A stretch of DNA of 36,729 nucleotides from an uncultured Lentimicrobiaceae bacterium (GTDB lineage Bacteria; Bacteroidota; Bacteroidia; Bacteroidales; 4484-276): contig CAZBDF010000001.1 of assembly GCA_964490385.1 (NCBI GenBank), positions 1 to 36,729 of the forward strand, read 5' to 3'. Below, in pieces: positions 8,297-16,990 of the stretch. Within the stretch, counting starts at the first letter, position 1, and each line of letters starts with the position of its first letter. A program made the translations under genes and the position numbers. A model generated the notes under the pieces. It was not told the DNA's origin. It did not search any database and saw only the letters and a program-made list of their open reading frames with translations.

Positions 8297-11200
8297 TTAA
8301 AATTTGAGATTTAAACCAACAGAAAATACGCGAGCAGAGGGATAGGTAAAAAAATCGGTACCATAGCGTAAATCATCATTTCCGGCATAATTAACTTCCG
8401 GGTCCATCCCGCTGTAGTTGGTTATCGTGAAAAGGTTTTGGGCTACAAGGTATAATTCCAGACGGCTCAGGCGCATTTTTTCAAGAACTTTTGGTTTAAA
8501 ATCATAAGAAAGCCTTACAGTTTTAAATCGGAGATAAGAGCCATCTTCAATAAACCTGGATGAAGCCCTGTCGTTAATGTTGAGGTCGGCATTGGTGGCA
8601 CGCGGAATTTGGCTAATGTCGCCCGGCTGCCGCCAACGATTCTGTATAGCTTGCAATTGATTGTCCTGCCCTTTCATCGACTCGATGTACCTCCTCGTGC
8701 CATTAAAAATGTCGTTACCATAGGTGTATTGAAGCATGATGTTCAGTGTAAATCCCTTGTACGAGAATATATTGGTGAGTGAACCAATAAAGTCGGGGTT
8801 GGGATCGCCAATAACCGTCCGGTCATTTTCGGTAATTTCACCATCGCCATCCACATCCCTAAAAACGATGTCGCCCGTTGACGGGTCAACCCCGAGGGAT
8901 TCATAATTGTAAAAAACCCCAATAGGGTAGCCAACCCTCACGCTGTTTTCGCCCCTTCCAATCTGGTCGATTGGAATATCGTTGTACAATTTTGTTACTT
9001 CATTGCGGTTCAGGCTGAAATTTGTTGAAAGATCCCATTTGAACTCCCTTTCAATAATTTTGGCACCAAGCATAATTTCAATACCGTTGTTTTTCATCTC
9101 GCCAATATTTGAGATATAGGATCCAAAACCTGATGAAGGCGGAACCGGCCGGTATAGAAGGAGGTCCTTGGTTTGCTTGTTGTAAAAATCAAATTCAAAG
9201 GTTAGCTTGTTACTGAACATCGAAAGGTTAAATCCAATATCAAACTGGGTTGTCGATTCCCATTTCAGGTCAGGGTTTGGAAGTTGTGATGGATAGATGC
9301 CCGGGTTGAGTTGGTAATTTGCCCCTGACGAGTAAAGGTTCATATAGGCAAAATCAGGGATTCCGTCGTTACCCGTTAAACCATAACTTACACGGACTTT
9401 TAAATCATCTATGGAACTAACATTGAAAAAATCCTCTTCAGAAATCCTCCACGCGGCCGAAGCGGCAGGAAAGAAGCCATACTGATTATTGCCACCAAAC
9501 TTTGAAGAGCCATCATAACGGCCACTCAGGGTAAACAGGTATTTGTATTTAAAATCATATTTAACCTCGCCAAAAAAGGAATTCAGCCCGCGGTCGAGCG
9601 CCGAGGCACTGCCAGCGGTAATAGTAGCAGCCGAAGCAATGTATTGGAAGTTCTCGTTGGGGAAATCCTGTCCGCGCAAATAAGTTGACCTGCGTTGGTA
9701 TTTTTCAAAACTATATCCCAGCAGGGCATTAATTTGATGCTTCCCGTCAATTTCAGTTACATATCTTAAAATATTATTGCTCACAACATTCATCACGTTG
9801 GCAGTTGATTCAATGCCGAGTCCATTGTATTTTCCACCCTGTCGTGTCGTGGGCGGGTCGTAGGTATGCTCGCGCAGGTTATAATAATCGGCACTCCATT
9901 TGGTGTTAAAAGTCAATCCCTTATAAATCCTTATATCTGCAAAAATGCTTGAAATGCTCCTGAAAGAATAGTTCTCGTTGACGTGTAGGTTGCCGATAGA
10001 CACCGGGTTTGCAAATGGACCGTCATCGTTATAAGTACCATCGGGATTGTAAACAGGATATATGGCCGGCATGGCAATGGCATTGGCCAGCGGCGAATTC
10101 AAGGATTGGTCGCCTTCCTTACGGTCGTTCTTCGAGTAACTCAAACCTATATTGGCCCCAACATTGATAAAGTCGTTTACTTTCACATCGAGGTTGGCGC
10201 GGCCATTTAAGCGGTCGTATGCCGTCCCAATCAAAGTACCTTCCTGAGTAAAATAATTTCCCGAGATATAGTACTTGGTTGATTTTGACCCTCCGACAGC
10301 AGACAATTCATAGTTGGCGATTGGCGCTGTGCTCAACACTTCATCCAACCAATCGGTGTCAATGGTATTGGTCTCAATTTCTTCCTGTGAATATACAGGC
10401 AATCCACCGGCTGCAATACTTGCATCATTTTTATACTCCATAAATTCCCTCGCGTTGAGCATGTCCAGTTTTTTGGCTACCTGCTGAACACCATAGTAGG
10501 CACTGAAATTGATTTTAGTTTTTTCGGCAGATCCTTTTTTCGTGGTAATCAGGATCACACCATTTGAAGCACGGCTTCCATAAATTGTTGTTGCTGATGC
10601 ATCTTTCAAAACACTTATTGATTCGATGTCGCTGGGGTTAATGTCGGAAATGGCACTGGTGGTTTGGCCACTAAAACCTATTTGTCCAAAATCGCCGGTA
10701 ATGATCGGGATTCCGTCAACCACGTAAAGGGGCTCACTCCCGGCGTTGATGGAACTTATCCCACGCACCCTCACCGAGATTCCCCCACCAGGTGTTCCCG
10801 AATTACTTACCACCTGCACACCCGTTGACTTTCCCTGGAGAATTTGATCGATACTAGAAACTGGTTTCTCGGCGAGTTCATCGCCCTTGATGGTACTCAC
10901 TGAACTGGTGAGCAACTTTCGGCTTGATGAACCATAGCCAACCACAACCATCTCTTCAAGCTGTGTTGCAACTGGGCGAAGGGCTACATCAATCTCATTT
11001 TTGTCAGCCAACACCTCTAATGTTTGGTAGCCAATAAAGGAAAATATAAGCACCGACAAATTATCTGGCACCTCAATTTCGTACGCTCCGTCGATACCTG
11101 TTGCCGTGCCTTTAAGTGTACCTTTTATAACGATGCTCACCCCGGGCAAGGTGGAACCATTACTCGCATCTGTAACAGTTCCCCTGATCTTTTTTCCTTC

Positions 11201-11599
11201 CTGGGGAACTACCGGGGGCGATTTTTCGGCTTTCTTTTCTTTTGGTGTAAGCACTATTTTTTGCTGGATAATTTCGTGCTGGATATTCTTTTCATCCAAC
11301 AAACCATTCAATACATCTTCAAGGGAGGCTTCGTTGTAGTTCACCGATACTGCCTGTTCAACATCAATTTTTGATGCATTGTAGACAAAGGTATAGTCAC
11401 ACTGCTTTTCAATTTTTTGAAGGACGGTCTTTAAAGGCTCGTCTTCCACGTCAAGGTTAATGGGCTTGCCTTGCCCTACACTTGCTTTTGCAGGAATGGG
11501 GATGAAAAATACCACCATTAGCAGCACCATTAAAACCTGGCTAAACACCTGATTAAACCTGGTGGCACCTTTTTGTTTAAAAAGTAAGCTTTGTTGCAT
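8297..11599 (-). CDS. SusC/RagA-type TonB-dependent transducer with an N-terminal STN signalling domain
   Basis: 1100 aa. STN-like segment (PINLDVEDEPLKTVLQKIEKQCDYTFVYN), carboxypeptidase-regulatory-like domain (IRGTVTDASNGSTLPGVSIVIKGT), plug (SVSTIKG...ILQGKSTGVQV, PLYVVDGIPI), and a terminal beta-barrel ending VGLNLKF. Confidence 0.95.
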   Translation of the reverse strand: MQQSLLFKQKGATRFNQVFSQVLMVLLMVVFFIPIPAKASVGQGKPINLDVEDEPLKTVLQKIEKQCDYTFVYNASKIDVEQAVSVNYNEASLEDVLNGLLDEKNIQHEIIQQKIVLTPKEKKAEKSPPVVPQEGKKIRGTVTDASNGSTLPGVSIVIKGTLKGTATGIDGAYEIEVPDNLSVLIFSFIGYQTLEVLADKNEIDVALRPVATQLEEMVVVGYGSSSRKLLTSSVSTIKGDELAEKPVSSIDQILQGKSTGVQVVSNSGTPGGGISVRVRGISSINAGSEPLYVVDGIPIITGDFGQIGFSGQTTSAISDINPSDIESISVLKDASATTIYGSRASNGVILITTKKGSAEKTKINFSAYYGVQQVAKKLDMLNAREFMEYKNDASIAAGGLPVYSQEEIETNTIDTDWLDEVLSTAPIANYELSAVGGSKSTKYYISGNYFTQEGTLIGTAYDRLNGRANLDVKVNDFINVGANIGLSYSKNDRKEGDQSLNSPLANAIAMPAIYPVYNPDGTYNDDGPFANPVSIGNLHVNENYSFRSISSIFADIRIYKGLTFNTKWSADYYNLREHTYDPPTTRQGGKYNGLGIESTANVMNVVSNNILRYVTEIDGKHQINALLGYSFEKYQRRSTYLRGQDFPNENFQYIASAATITAGSASALDRGLNSFFGEVKYDFKYKYLFTLSGRYDGSSKFGGNNQYGFFPAASAAWRISEEDFFNVSSIDDLKVRVSYGLTGNDGIPDFAYMNLYSSGANYQLNPGIYPSQLPNPDLKWESTTQFDIGFNLSMFSNKLTFEFDFYNKQTKDLLLYRPVPPSSGFGSYISNIGEMKNNGIEIMLGAKIIEREFKWDLSTNFSLNRNEVTKLYNDIPIDQIGRGENSVRVGYPIGVFYNYESLGVDPSTGDIVFRDVDGDGEITENDRTVIGDPNPDFIGSLTNIFSYKGFTLNIMLQYTYGNDIFNGTRRYIESMKGQDNQLQAIQNRWRQPGDISQIPRATNADLNINDRASSRFIEDGSYLRFKTVRLSYDFKPKVLEKMRLSRLELYLVAQNLFTITNYSGMDPEVNYAGNDDLRYGTDFFTYPSARVFSVGLNLKF

Positions 11600-11617
11600 A
11601 TTTTTTTGGTTTATAGT

Positions 11618-12577
11618 TTACTTGGTAAAAGATATAGTGATAACATCATCAGTTTTTGAATAGCTCATCGGACTAATTTTTTGCATGAGCAGTAAAACTT
11701 CAGCAAGCGTATTTTTGTCGATAGTAAATGTGTATAGGTCATTATTTCGACCGGGATTTGAAATTTCAATTTCCACGCCATACCACCGCTCCAGCTTCCG
11801 GCATACAGAATAAATATCTTCCTGATCAAACACCAGCTTACCATCTGCCCATTGGGTCAGCATTTGTGCATCTACTTTCGATACACTCCCTGATTTGCTC
11901 ATGCTATTGTAGGTGTGCTGTTCGCCCGGTATCAGTTCAACGCTTTTATAATTTTCGTTGCATGTAACTTGTACCTTGCCCGAAACAAGTACGGTTTGTA
12001 CAAGCGGATCGCCCGGGTAGGAGGCCACCGAGAATTGTGTACCCAAAACAGAAACTGTAATCTCGGAAGTATTTACATGAAAAGGCATGCTTTCTGATTT
12101 GGCCACGTCAAAAAATGCCATTCCGCTTAAAGATACTTCCCTACATTTTTTATCAAAACTTTCAGGGTATTCAATCAGGCTCGATCCGGCCAGGATAACC
12201 TTGGAGCCATCAGGTAGTGTAAGTGGCGTTCGCTGGCCTGCCGGACTTTGTATGCTAAGCATTTTGGGTGAATGCCCAGAAAAAATGTCGCCGGAGTATA
12301 TTATTCCGGCAATGATTAATCCTACGAGCAACACAGCGGCAACCCTGATTAGTGGCGCAAATCTGTGGATAAATGGCTGCCTGATCGTTTTCAGGTAAAT
12401 ATTATTCAACATCCTTTCCCTTGTTTCCTTGGGTAATTCAGCCGGGTTAATGTTGTTCCACTGCCCTTTCAACATTTGCTCCGATTCAGGAAGGGAATAC
12501 ACCTTGTCCTTTTCTTTTGAAGTTGCCTGGCCTAACATGAACCGGGTGAGCAATCCTTTTTTTTCCTCTTTTTGCAT
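11618..12577 (-). CDS. FecR-family transmembrane anti-sigma factor
   Basis: 319 aa with a single central TM helix (VAAVLLVGLIIAGIIY). FecR-type periplasmic domain (LPDGSKVILAGSSLIEYP, VSLSGMAFFDV, FHVNTSEITVSVLGTQF). It lies 18 nt upstream of the STN-SusC gene. Confidence 0.9.
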   Translation of the reverse strand: MQKEEKKGLLTRFMLGQATSKEKDKVYSLPESEQMLKGQWNNINPAELPKETRERMLNNIYLKTIRQPFIHRFAPLIRVAAVLLVGLIIAGIIYSGDIFSGHSPKMLSIQSPAGQRTPLTLPDGSKVILAGSSLIEYPESFDKKCREVSLSGMAFFDVAKSESMPFHVNTSEITVSVLGTQFSVASYPGDPLVQTVLVSGKVQVTCNENYKSVELIPGEQHTYNSMSKSGSVSKVDAQMLTQWADGKLVFDQEDIYSVCRKLERWYGVEIEISNPGRNNDLYTFTIDKNTLAEVLLLMQKISPMSYSKTDDVITISFTK

Positions 12578-12705
12578 CGGAGTTTTATTGTTTGATAATG
12601 TTCATACAACTGTGGCGCAACTATCCCTTAGTGGAAAAAGAGTTTTTTGCAAGATTTTCAGGGGAGGGTATTTGGTGACTGTGTGGAAAAGCAAATTATG
12701 ACTTG

Positions 12706-12836
12706 CCCTGGCATTTATGCCAGGGACTGAAGTGATGCAGGATAATTGGGTTTTAGCCCAAATAATCAAGGTTTGGGCTAAAGCCCATTATAATCAATGA
12801 GCCTTCAATCTCCGGGCTATAGCCCGGGGGAAGTCA
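12706..12836. repeat. Cluster of short DNA palindromes / hairpin modules (GGGCTWWAGCCC family plus a 9-bp-arm palindrome)
   Basis: Four modules: ccctggcatttatgccaggg (12706-12725), ttgggttttagcccaaat (12746-12763), ggtttgggctaaagccca (12770-12787), and ccgggctatagcccgg, a perfect 16-bp palindrome (12812-12827), followed by gggaagtca. The same modules recur at 21697-21795. Confidence 0.7.
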
Positions 12837-12911
12837 GTTTTCAGGTTGTTTTCACACAGTCTTTGAAGGACGGGATTATTGATTCTTTTATTGTCAATTT
12901 TCATGAATTAT

Positions 12912-13466
12912 TCAGGAGTAATCTTTTAGTGCAACACGCAATGCTTTTAATGCCAAACCAATATGCACTTCTACGGTTTTAGCAGAGATGTTAAGCTGCT
13001 GGCTGATTTCTTTGTGCGATAAACCTTTAATCCGGCTCAACTCGAAAACAAGTTTTCGCTTTTCGGGCATGGCATCGATGTGTTGGTGCAATATATCGGA
13101 TACTTCATCAAGCAGAACAGTTTGCTCTGTATCGTTATTATTTTTCAAATGATTTTTCAGGTACTCGATGTAGTTCCATTCGTGAACCATTTTCTTATGC
13201 CGGTTAAAAATGATATTGCGGGCAATGGTAAAAATATAAGCGTTGAAATTAGCACCAGGGTCAACAGAAGTTCTTGACTCCCATAGTTTCACAAATACAT
13301 TTTGGGTTATTTCTTCGGCATCAGCCGGATTGTGAACATAGGTTTGGGCAAAGTAAAAAATCTTGTCGCTGTAAAGGTGGAAGATCTCTGTAAAGGCTTT
13401 TTCATCACCTTCCTTGAAAGCCTGTATGATAGATTGCCGAACCGGTGATGTTTTGTTGCTGCTCAA
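12912..13466 (-). CDS. ECF (group 4 sigma-70) RNA polymerase sigma factor
   Basis: 184 aa. Region 2 (AFTEIFHLYSDKIFYFAQTYV, EITQNVFVKLWE) and a region 4 HTH (LSHKEISQQLNISAKTVEVHI). The only in-frame start near the conserved N-terminus is TTG at 13466, with no ATG available. Confidence 0.9.
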   Translation of the reverse strand: MSSNKTSPVRQSIIQAFKEGDEKAFTEIFHLYSDKIFYFAQTYVHNPADAEEITQNVFVKLWESRTSVDPGANFNAYIFTIARNIIFNRHKKMVHEWNYIEYLKNHLKNNNDTEQTVLLDEVSDILHQHIDAMPEKRKLVFELSRIKGLSHKEISQQLNISAKTVEVHIGLALKALRVALKDYS

Positions 13467-13491
13467 AAAATACTTCTTGCTTGATTAAAAG

Positions 13492-13499
13492 CAAAAGTA
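13492..13499 (-). promoter_or_regulatory. Candidate Bacteroidota -7 promoter box (TAnnTTTG) for the sigma/anti-sigma/SusCD unit
   Basis: The minus strand reads TACTTTTG, 25 nt upstream of the TTG start, inside the 68-nt gap after the preceding gene. This is a motif match only. Confidence 0.3.
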
Positions 13500-13534
13500 T
13501 GTTTTTTTTTTGCGATAGTAAGGCCGAAATTTAC

Positions 13535-15517
13535 TCAGTGTTGCACTATTATTTTTTGTAGAATATTTTCTTTCGTGTCAAATTCGGCTTCAAGAAAATA
13601 AACTCCCGGGATGAGCCCTGTTAAACTTATTTGATGGTCAGACAGAGATTTGCTTTCATTGAATACTTTTTGTCCGGTGATGGAATAAATCGAAACTGAG
13701 AATGCTTGTTTTTGGCAAGTGATATTGAGTAGTTCAGCAGCCGGATTGGGCCAGACCCGAAACAATTCTATTTCTCCCTTTTGATCATTGTCGATTGAAT
13801 ATGCACTAACATGGCTTCCCGTTTGAAACTTTACAGGGCTGTTAATCAGTCTGATTTTCATGCTTTCGAAGCCTGCAATCATTTTGGGCGTGTTGTATTG
13901 CGCCGAATAGGTTTTTGTGGCAAAACCGCCTTTGGTGTTTTGCAATTCAATGATCATGGCAGGGGCATCACCAAAAGAGGTCACAAAAGTGTTCTGATCG
14001 GCAGGGGCATATTTCATGTAGTTCTTGCTTGTAAGCCATATCCCAAACCTGGCCTTGTACTGAAGCATGGCAAAAGGAATTCCGGCAGCGGGATTCATAT
14101 ACATGTCCGAATTTTTGTAACTATTGGGGATAATAACAGTTGTTTTTAGTAAGCCCAGGCCCTCCTTAAAAATTAGGGAGCCGGTTCCCGCGGCATTGTC
14201 AAGCAGGTAATTTTCGATAACTGTTTTGCCGGCAAAGCGGCTGTTATCGCCAACAAATGCAATCACCTTTCCATCGTGACTTACACGATCGGCCAATAAT
14301 GCGCCATTGTTACCCTCATCAATAAAATGTTCCAAGATGTAATATTCGTTGTTTACAAACAAAAACTTTTCTGCTTCGTTGATGGCCCTTTCAAAATCGG
14401 GGTCCTCTCCCATTGATGCCACGCCACTATAAATCTGCACGTTTTGGGCACCAAGGTTATTCAGGCTGTTTTTAAAGGTTTCGGCCACAGCTTGATTTGA
14501 GCCGGTAATAATCAATAGGTCATCCGAAGGATTTCCGCACAGGTTTGCCAGGTTATTCAGCATTTCCTGATTGTCATTTAATGCATCGCCGCCACTGGCC
14601 AATATTAGGTAGTTGCCATTTTCTTCATCCACTTCCGGCGAAAATTCTTCACTAAGACCTGTTATTTCCCCGGTATTGAAATCAATGGTACATCCATGCA
14701 ATAGCTGGGAAATTTCTAACGAATCAACAATCAGCATTTCTTCATCGAGGTGATAAGGTTCTGGGGACAAAGGTTTGTAAAGGTTTGCTGCCCCGGTTCC
14801 GTAAACCATACCTATGTTATCCCGTGAGATAGTCATTGCCGTGGTTTCATCAATTCCTACCCCATCGATAAGTTCGTCACGGTTCATTTTCCAATGGGCC
14901 AGAAAACCCAGCATCCGGCCACCACGTCCACGGTCGGTAAAATGAGAGTCGAAAATATAGCCCGGGAAGAAATCGAAGAAATCATTTTCGAGTGTTAGAT
15001 ATTGGTTGTTTGGGTCCTCGATGCATTCATCGGGATAAACACTTCCACGCTCGGCCGTAAAAATTACTTCCGACAAAACGGCCAGACCGGCTGAAGTTCC
15101 ACAAATCACCCCACCCTGTTCCCATTTATCAATGATAGCCTGTTGGGTTAGCGTACCTTTATATGTAGCGTAATAATTCCACTGGTCGCCCCCTTTCAAG
15201 AATATCACATCATAATTCATCAAACTATCGTAGGTAGCCTGGCTGTTTGCGATGTTCTGCGAATTTATTTTAAAATCTTTAGCAGCCACGGCACCACAAT
15301 GCTCCACAAGGTAGGTCCGCATCCAGCCTGAAGCTGAAGAATAAGAAACTATGGCCACTTTTTTATTAAACGATTGTTCCACTGCCCAGGAGTAAGGTTC
15401 GGTGCTCCAGGCATCCTCTTCGTCCGATTCGCTTCCGCCACCAATTATTAACAGGCTTCCTTGCGAAAACAATATCACGGGAAGGAAAATTAAAATTGCA
15501 AGTAGTTTATATTTCAT
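13535..15517 (-). CDS. T9SS-secreted tandem peptidase-S51 (cyanophycinase-like) protein: intact domain 1, degenerate domain 2, T9SS CTD
   Basis: Signal peptide MKYKLLAILIFLPVILFSQ. Domain 1 has IIGGGSE, FLKGGDQ, CGTSAGLAVLS, FDSHFTDRGRGGRM and GVGIDETTAM. Domain 2 (about aa 303-525) has parallel blocks ILASGGDA, FLFVNNE, FVGDNSRFAG, IIPNSYKN and GIWLTSKN, with no obvious Ser/His. CTD: FRVWPNPAAELLNIT...IPGVYFLEAEF. Confidence 0.85.
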   Translation of the reverse strand: MKYKLLAILIFLPVILFSQGSLLIIGGGSESDEEDAWSTEPYSWAVEQSFNKKVAIVSYSSASGWMRTYLVEHCGAVAAKDFKINSQNIANSQATYDSLMNYDVIFLKGGDQWNYYATYKGTLTQQAIIDKWEQGGVICGTSAGLAVLSEVIFTAERGSVYPDECIEDPNNQYLTLENDFFDFFPGYIFDSHFTDRGRGGRMLGFLAHWKMNRDELIDGVGIDETTAMTISRDNIGMVYGTGAANLYKPLSPEPYHLDEEMLIVDSLEISQLLHGCTIDFNTGEITGLSEEFSPEVDEENGNYLILASGGDALNDNQEMLNNLANLCGNPSDDLLIITGSNQAVAETFKNSLNNLGAQNVQIYSGVASMGEDPDFERAINEAEKFLFVNNEYYILEHFIDEGNNGALLADRVSHDGKVIAFVGDNSRFAGKTVIENYLLDNAAGTGSLIFKEGLGLLKTTVIIPNSYKNSDMYMNPAAGIPFAMLQYKARFGIWLTSKNYMKYAPADQNTFVTSFGDAPAMIIELQNTKGGFATKTYSAQYNTPKMIAGFESMKIRLINSPVKFQTGSHVSAYSIDNDQKGEIELFRVWPNPAAELLNITCQKQAFSVSIYSITGQKVFNESKSLSDHQISLTGLIPGVYFLEAEFDTKENILQKIIVQH

Positions 15518-15531
15518 CTTATAAAAGAGGT

Positions 15532-16692
15532 TTATTTGCTAAAATAGGTTTTCCTGACGATTTTGTAGTTATTGATGATGAGTTCTCCTTTAGCAATCAT
15601 TACAACTATTTCCAGGTTTTTATCCAGGATTAAAAAATCTGCATCGAAGCCCGGCTGGATTTTGCCTTTGGTTTTCAACTTCAGTACTTCTGCCACGTTA
15701 GTACTCAATATGCTGATGGCAGTAGTCATGCTCATTTTCTCTTCCCTTAACATATCCCTGAATTCGTGGAGCAGGCTGATAGGTTTTCCGGTTTCGAGCT
15801 TCACAAGTTTTCCATTTTCATCAAATCCTGGTAAAGAACCCCCGGCATCCGAACTCATCGTAATATGATTGAGTGGTACGCCAGCCGCAATCAATTCTGC
15901 AGCAGCACGCGATGGTTTTATTTCATATTCGGGAAAATACGGGTAGGAGCTGGAAGTTATATCCACCACACCATTTCTGCCATACACTTTTGCATCTTCA
16001 AAAATATACTCGTTGCGGTTGACATGTGTTGGCAAAAATTGTTTGTATCCAAGCTCAGAATTCTCCACCACATCGTATAGGGGTTTAAAAGGGTTTTTGG
16101 CATCGCCCATGTGGATATTTACAATGCCGGCTTTCCCACCCAGCATTCCGCCTACACGAGCGTCTGCAGCAATTTTCGCTATTTCTGATATTGTGGGCAC
16201 CGAACTACGGTGATCGGAAAGGGCAATTTCCCCGGCACCAATCACCTCTTCAATCATCGCGATATCCTCGGCCACGCTACCAAGGATTGTAGGAGGTGGC
16301 ACCTGGTAAGCCCCGGTGTACATGTAGGCGGTTATCCCTTCATTGTTAAGCACTTTGGCTTTCATGAGCACCGAGCGGGGATCCCGTGTTATACCATCTG
16401 TACCCAGACATCCTACAGCCGTACACACGCCGGCTTCAAAAAAATCATTGATGTGCATCTCGGGTGTACGTGTTGCTGGCCCACCTTCACCTCCCGCACC
16501 GGAAAAATGGCAATGGCTATCTATGAAACCGGGAATCAACATGTGACTATCAGCATTAATCACCGTGTTGATATAGGGTGCTTTTCCCGAAATGGATCCA
16601 TCAATAAATTGGATCTTGTTTCCTGCCAGCAAAATATCTTTTTTCCCCAGCGCATCAGGTGAAAAAATCTGTGCATTCTTTATTAGTATCAT
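15532..16692 (-). CDS. iadA: Isoaspartyl (beta-aspartyl) dipeptidase
   Basis: Amidohydrolase-fold IadA signature: PGFIDSHCHFSGAGGEGGPATRTPE, ALSDHRSS, IHMGD, LPTHVNR and MSSDAGGS. Start moved from 16746 to the ATG at 16692 (MILIKNAQIF...), because the 18-aa extension looks spurious. It ends 14 nt before the tandem S51 gene. Confidence 0.9.
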   Translation of the reverse strand: MILIKNAQIFSPDALGKKDILLAGNKIQFIDGSISGKAPYINTVINADSHMLIPGFIDSHCHFSGAGGEGGPATRTPEMHINDFFEAGVCTAVGCLGTDGITRDPRSVLMKAKVLNNEGITAYMYTGAYQVPPPTILGSVAEDIAMIEEVIGAGEIALSDHRSSVPTISEIAKIAADARVGGMLGGKAGIVNIHMGDAKNPFKPLYDVVENSELGYKQFLPTHVNRNEYIFEDAKVYGRNGVVDITSSSYPYFPEYEIKPSRAAAELIAAGVPLNHITMSSDAGGSLPGFDENGKLVKLETGKPISLLHEFRDMLREEKMSMTTAISILSTNVAEVLKLKTKGKIQPGFDADFLILDKNLEIVVMIAKGELIINNYKIVRKTYFSK

Positions 16693-16883
16693 GGTGTAGT
16701 TGTCTGTTTCATTGCATATCAAAAAAAACCTTATGAATAAATACAATTGAAGAACAACAATCCCTTAAAGGGAAGTGGGCTTTTTACTTCAATACTATTT
16801 TCAAATTAACTTTAAAATAAGTCGATTAATATCGGGAAAACAAAAACCATAACAATGTTGCCCATACGGACTTGCTTTGCGTC

Positions 16884-16930
16884 GCAAGTTACAGGTTACA
16901 AGTTGCAACCTGTAACTTGCAACCTGCAAC
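16884..16930. repeat. Hairpin element of the GCAAGTTACAGGTT family
   Basis: Perfect 14-bp stem gcaagttacaggtt (16884-16897) pairing with aacctgtaacttgc (16907-16920), 9-nt loop, followed by the partial arm aacctgcaac. A related element in inverted orientation lies at 24692-24756. Confidence 0.6.
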
Positions 16931-16990
16931 GATTCCGAATTGTTTTTAAGTAACGAAATTATCGTTAACAATAGTGGTCTTCGTAAATGC

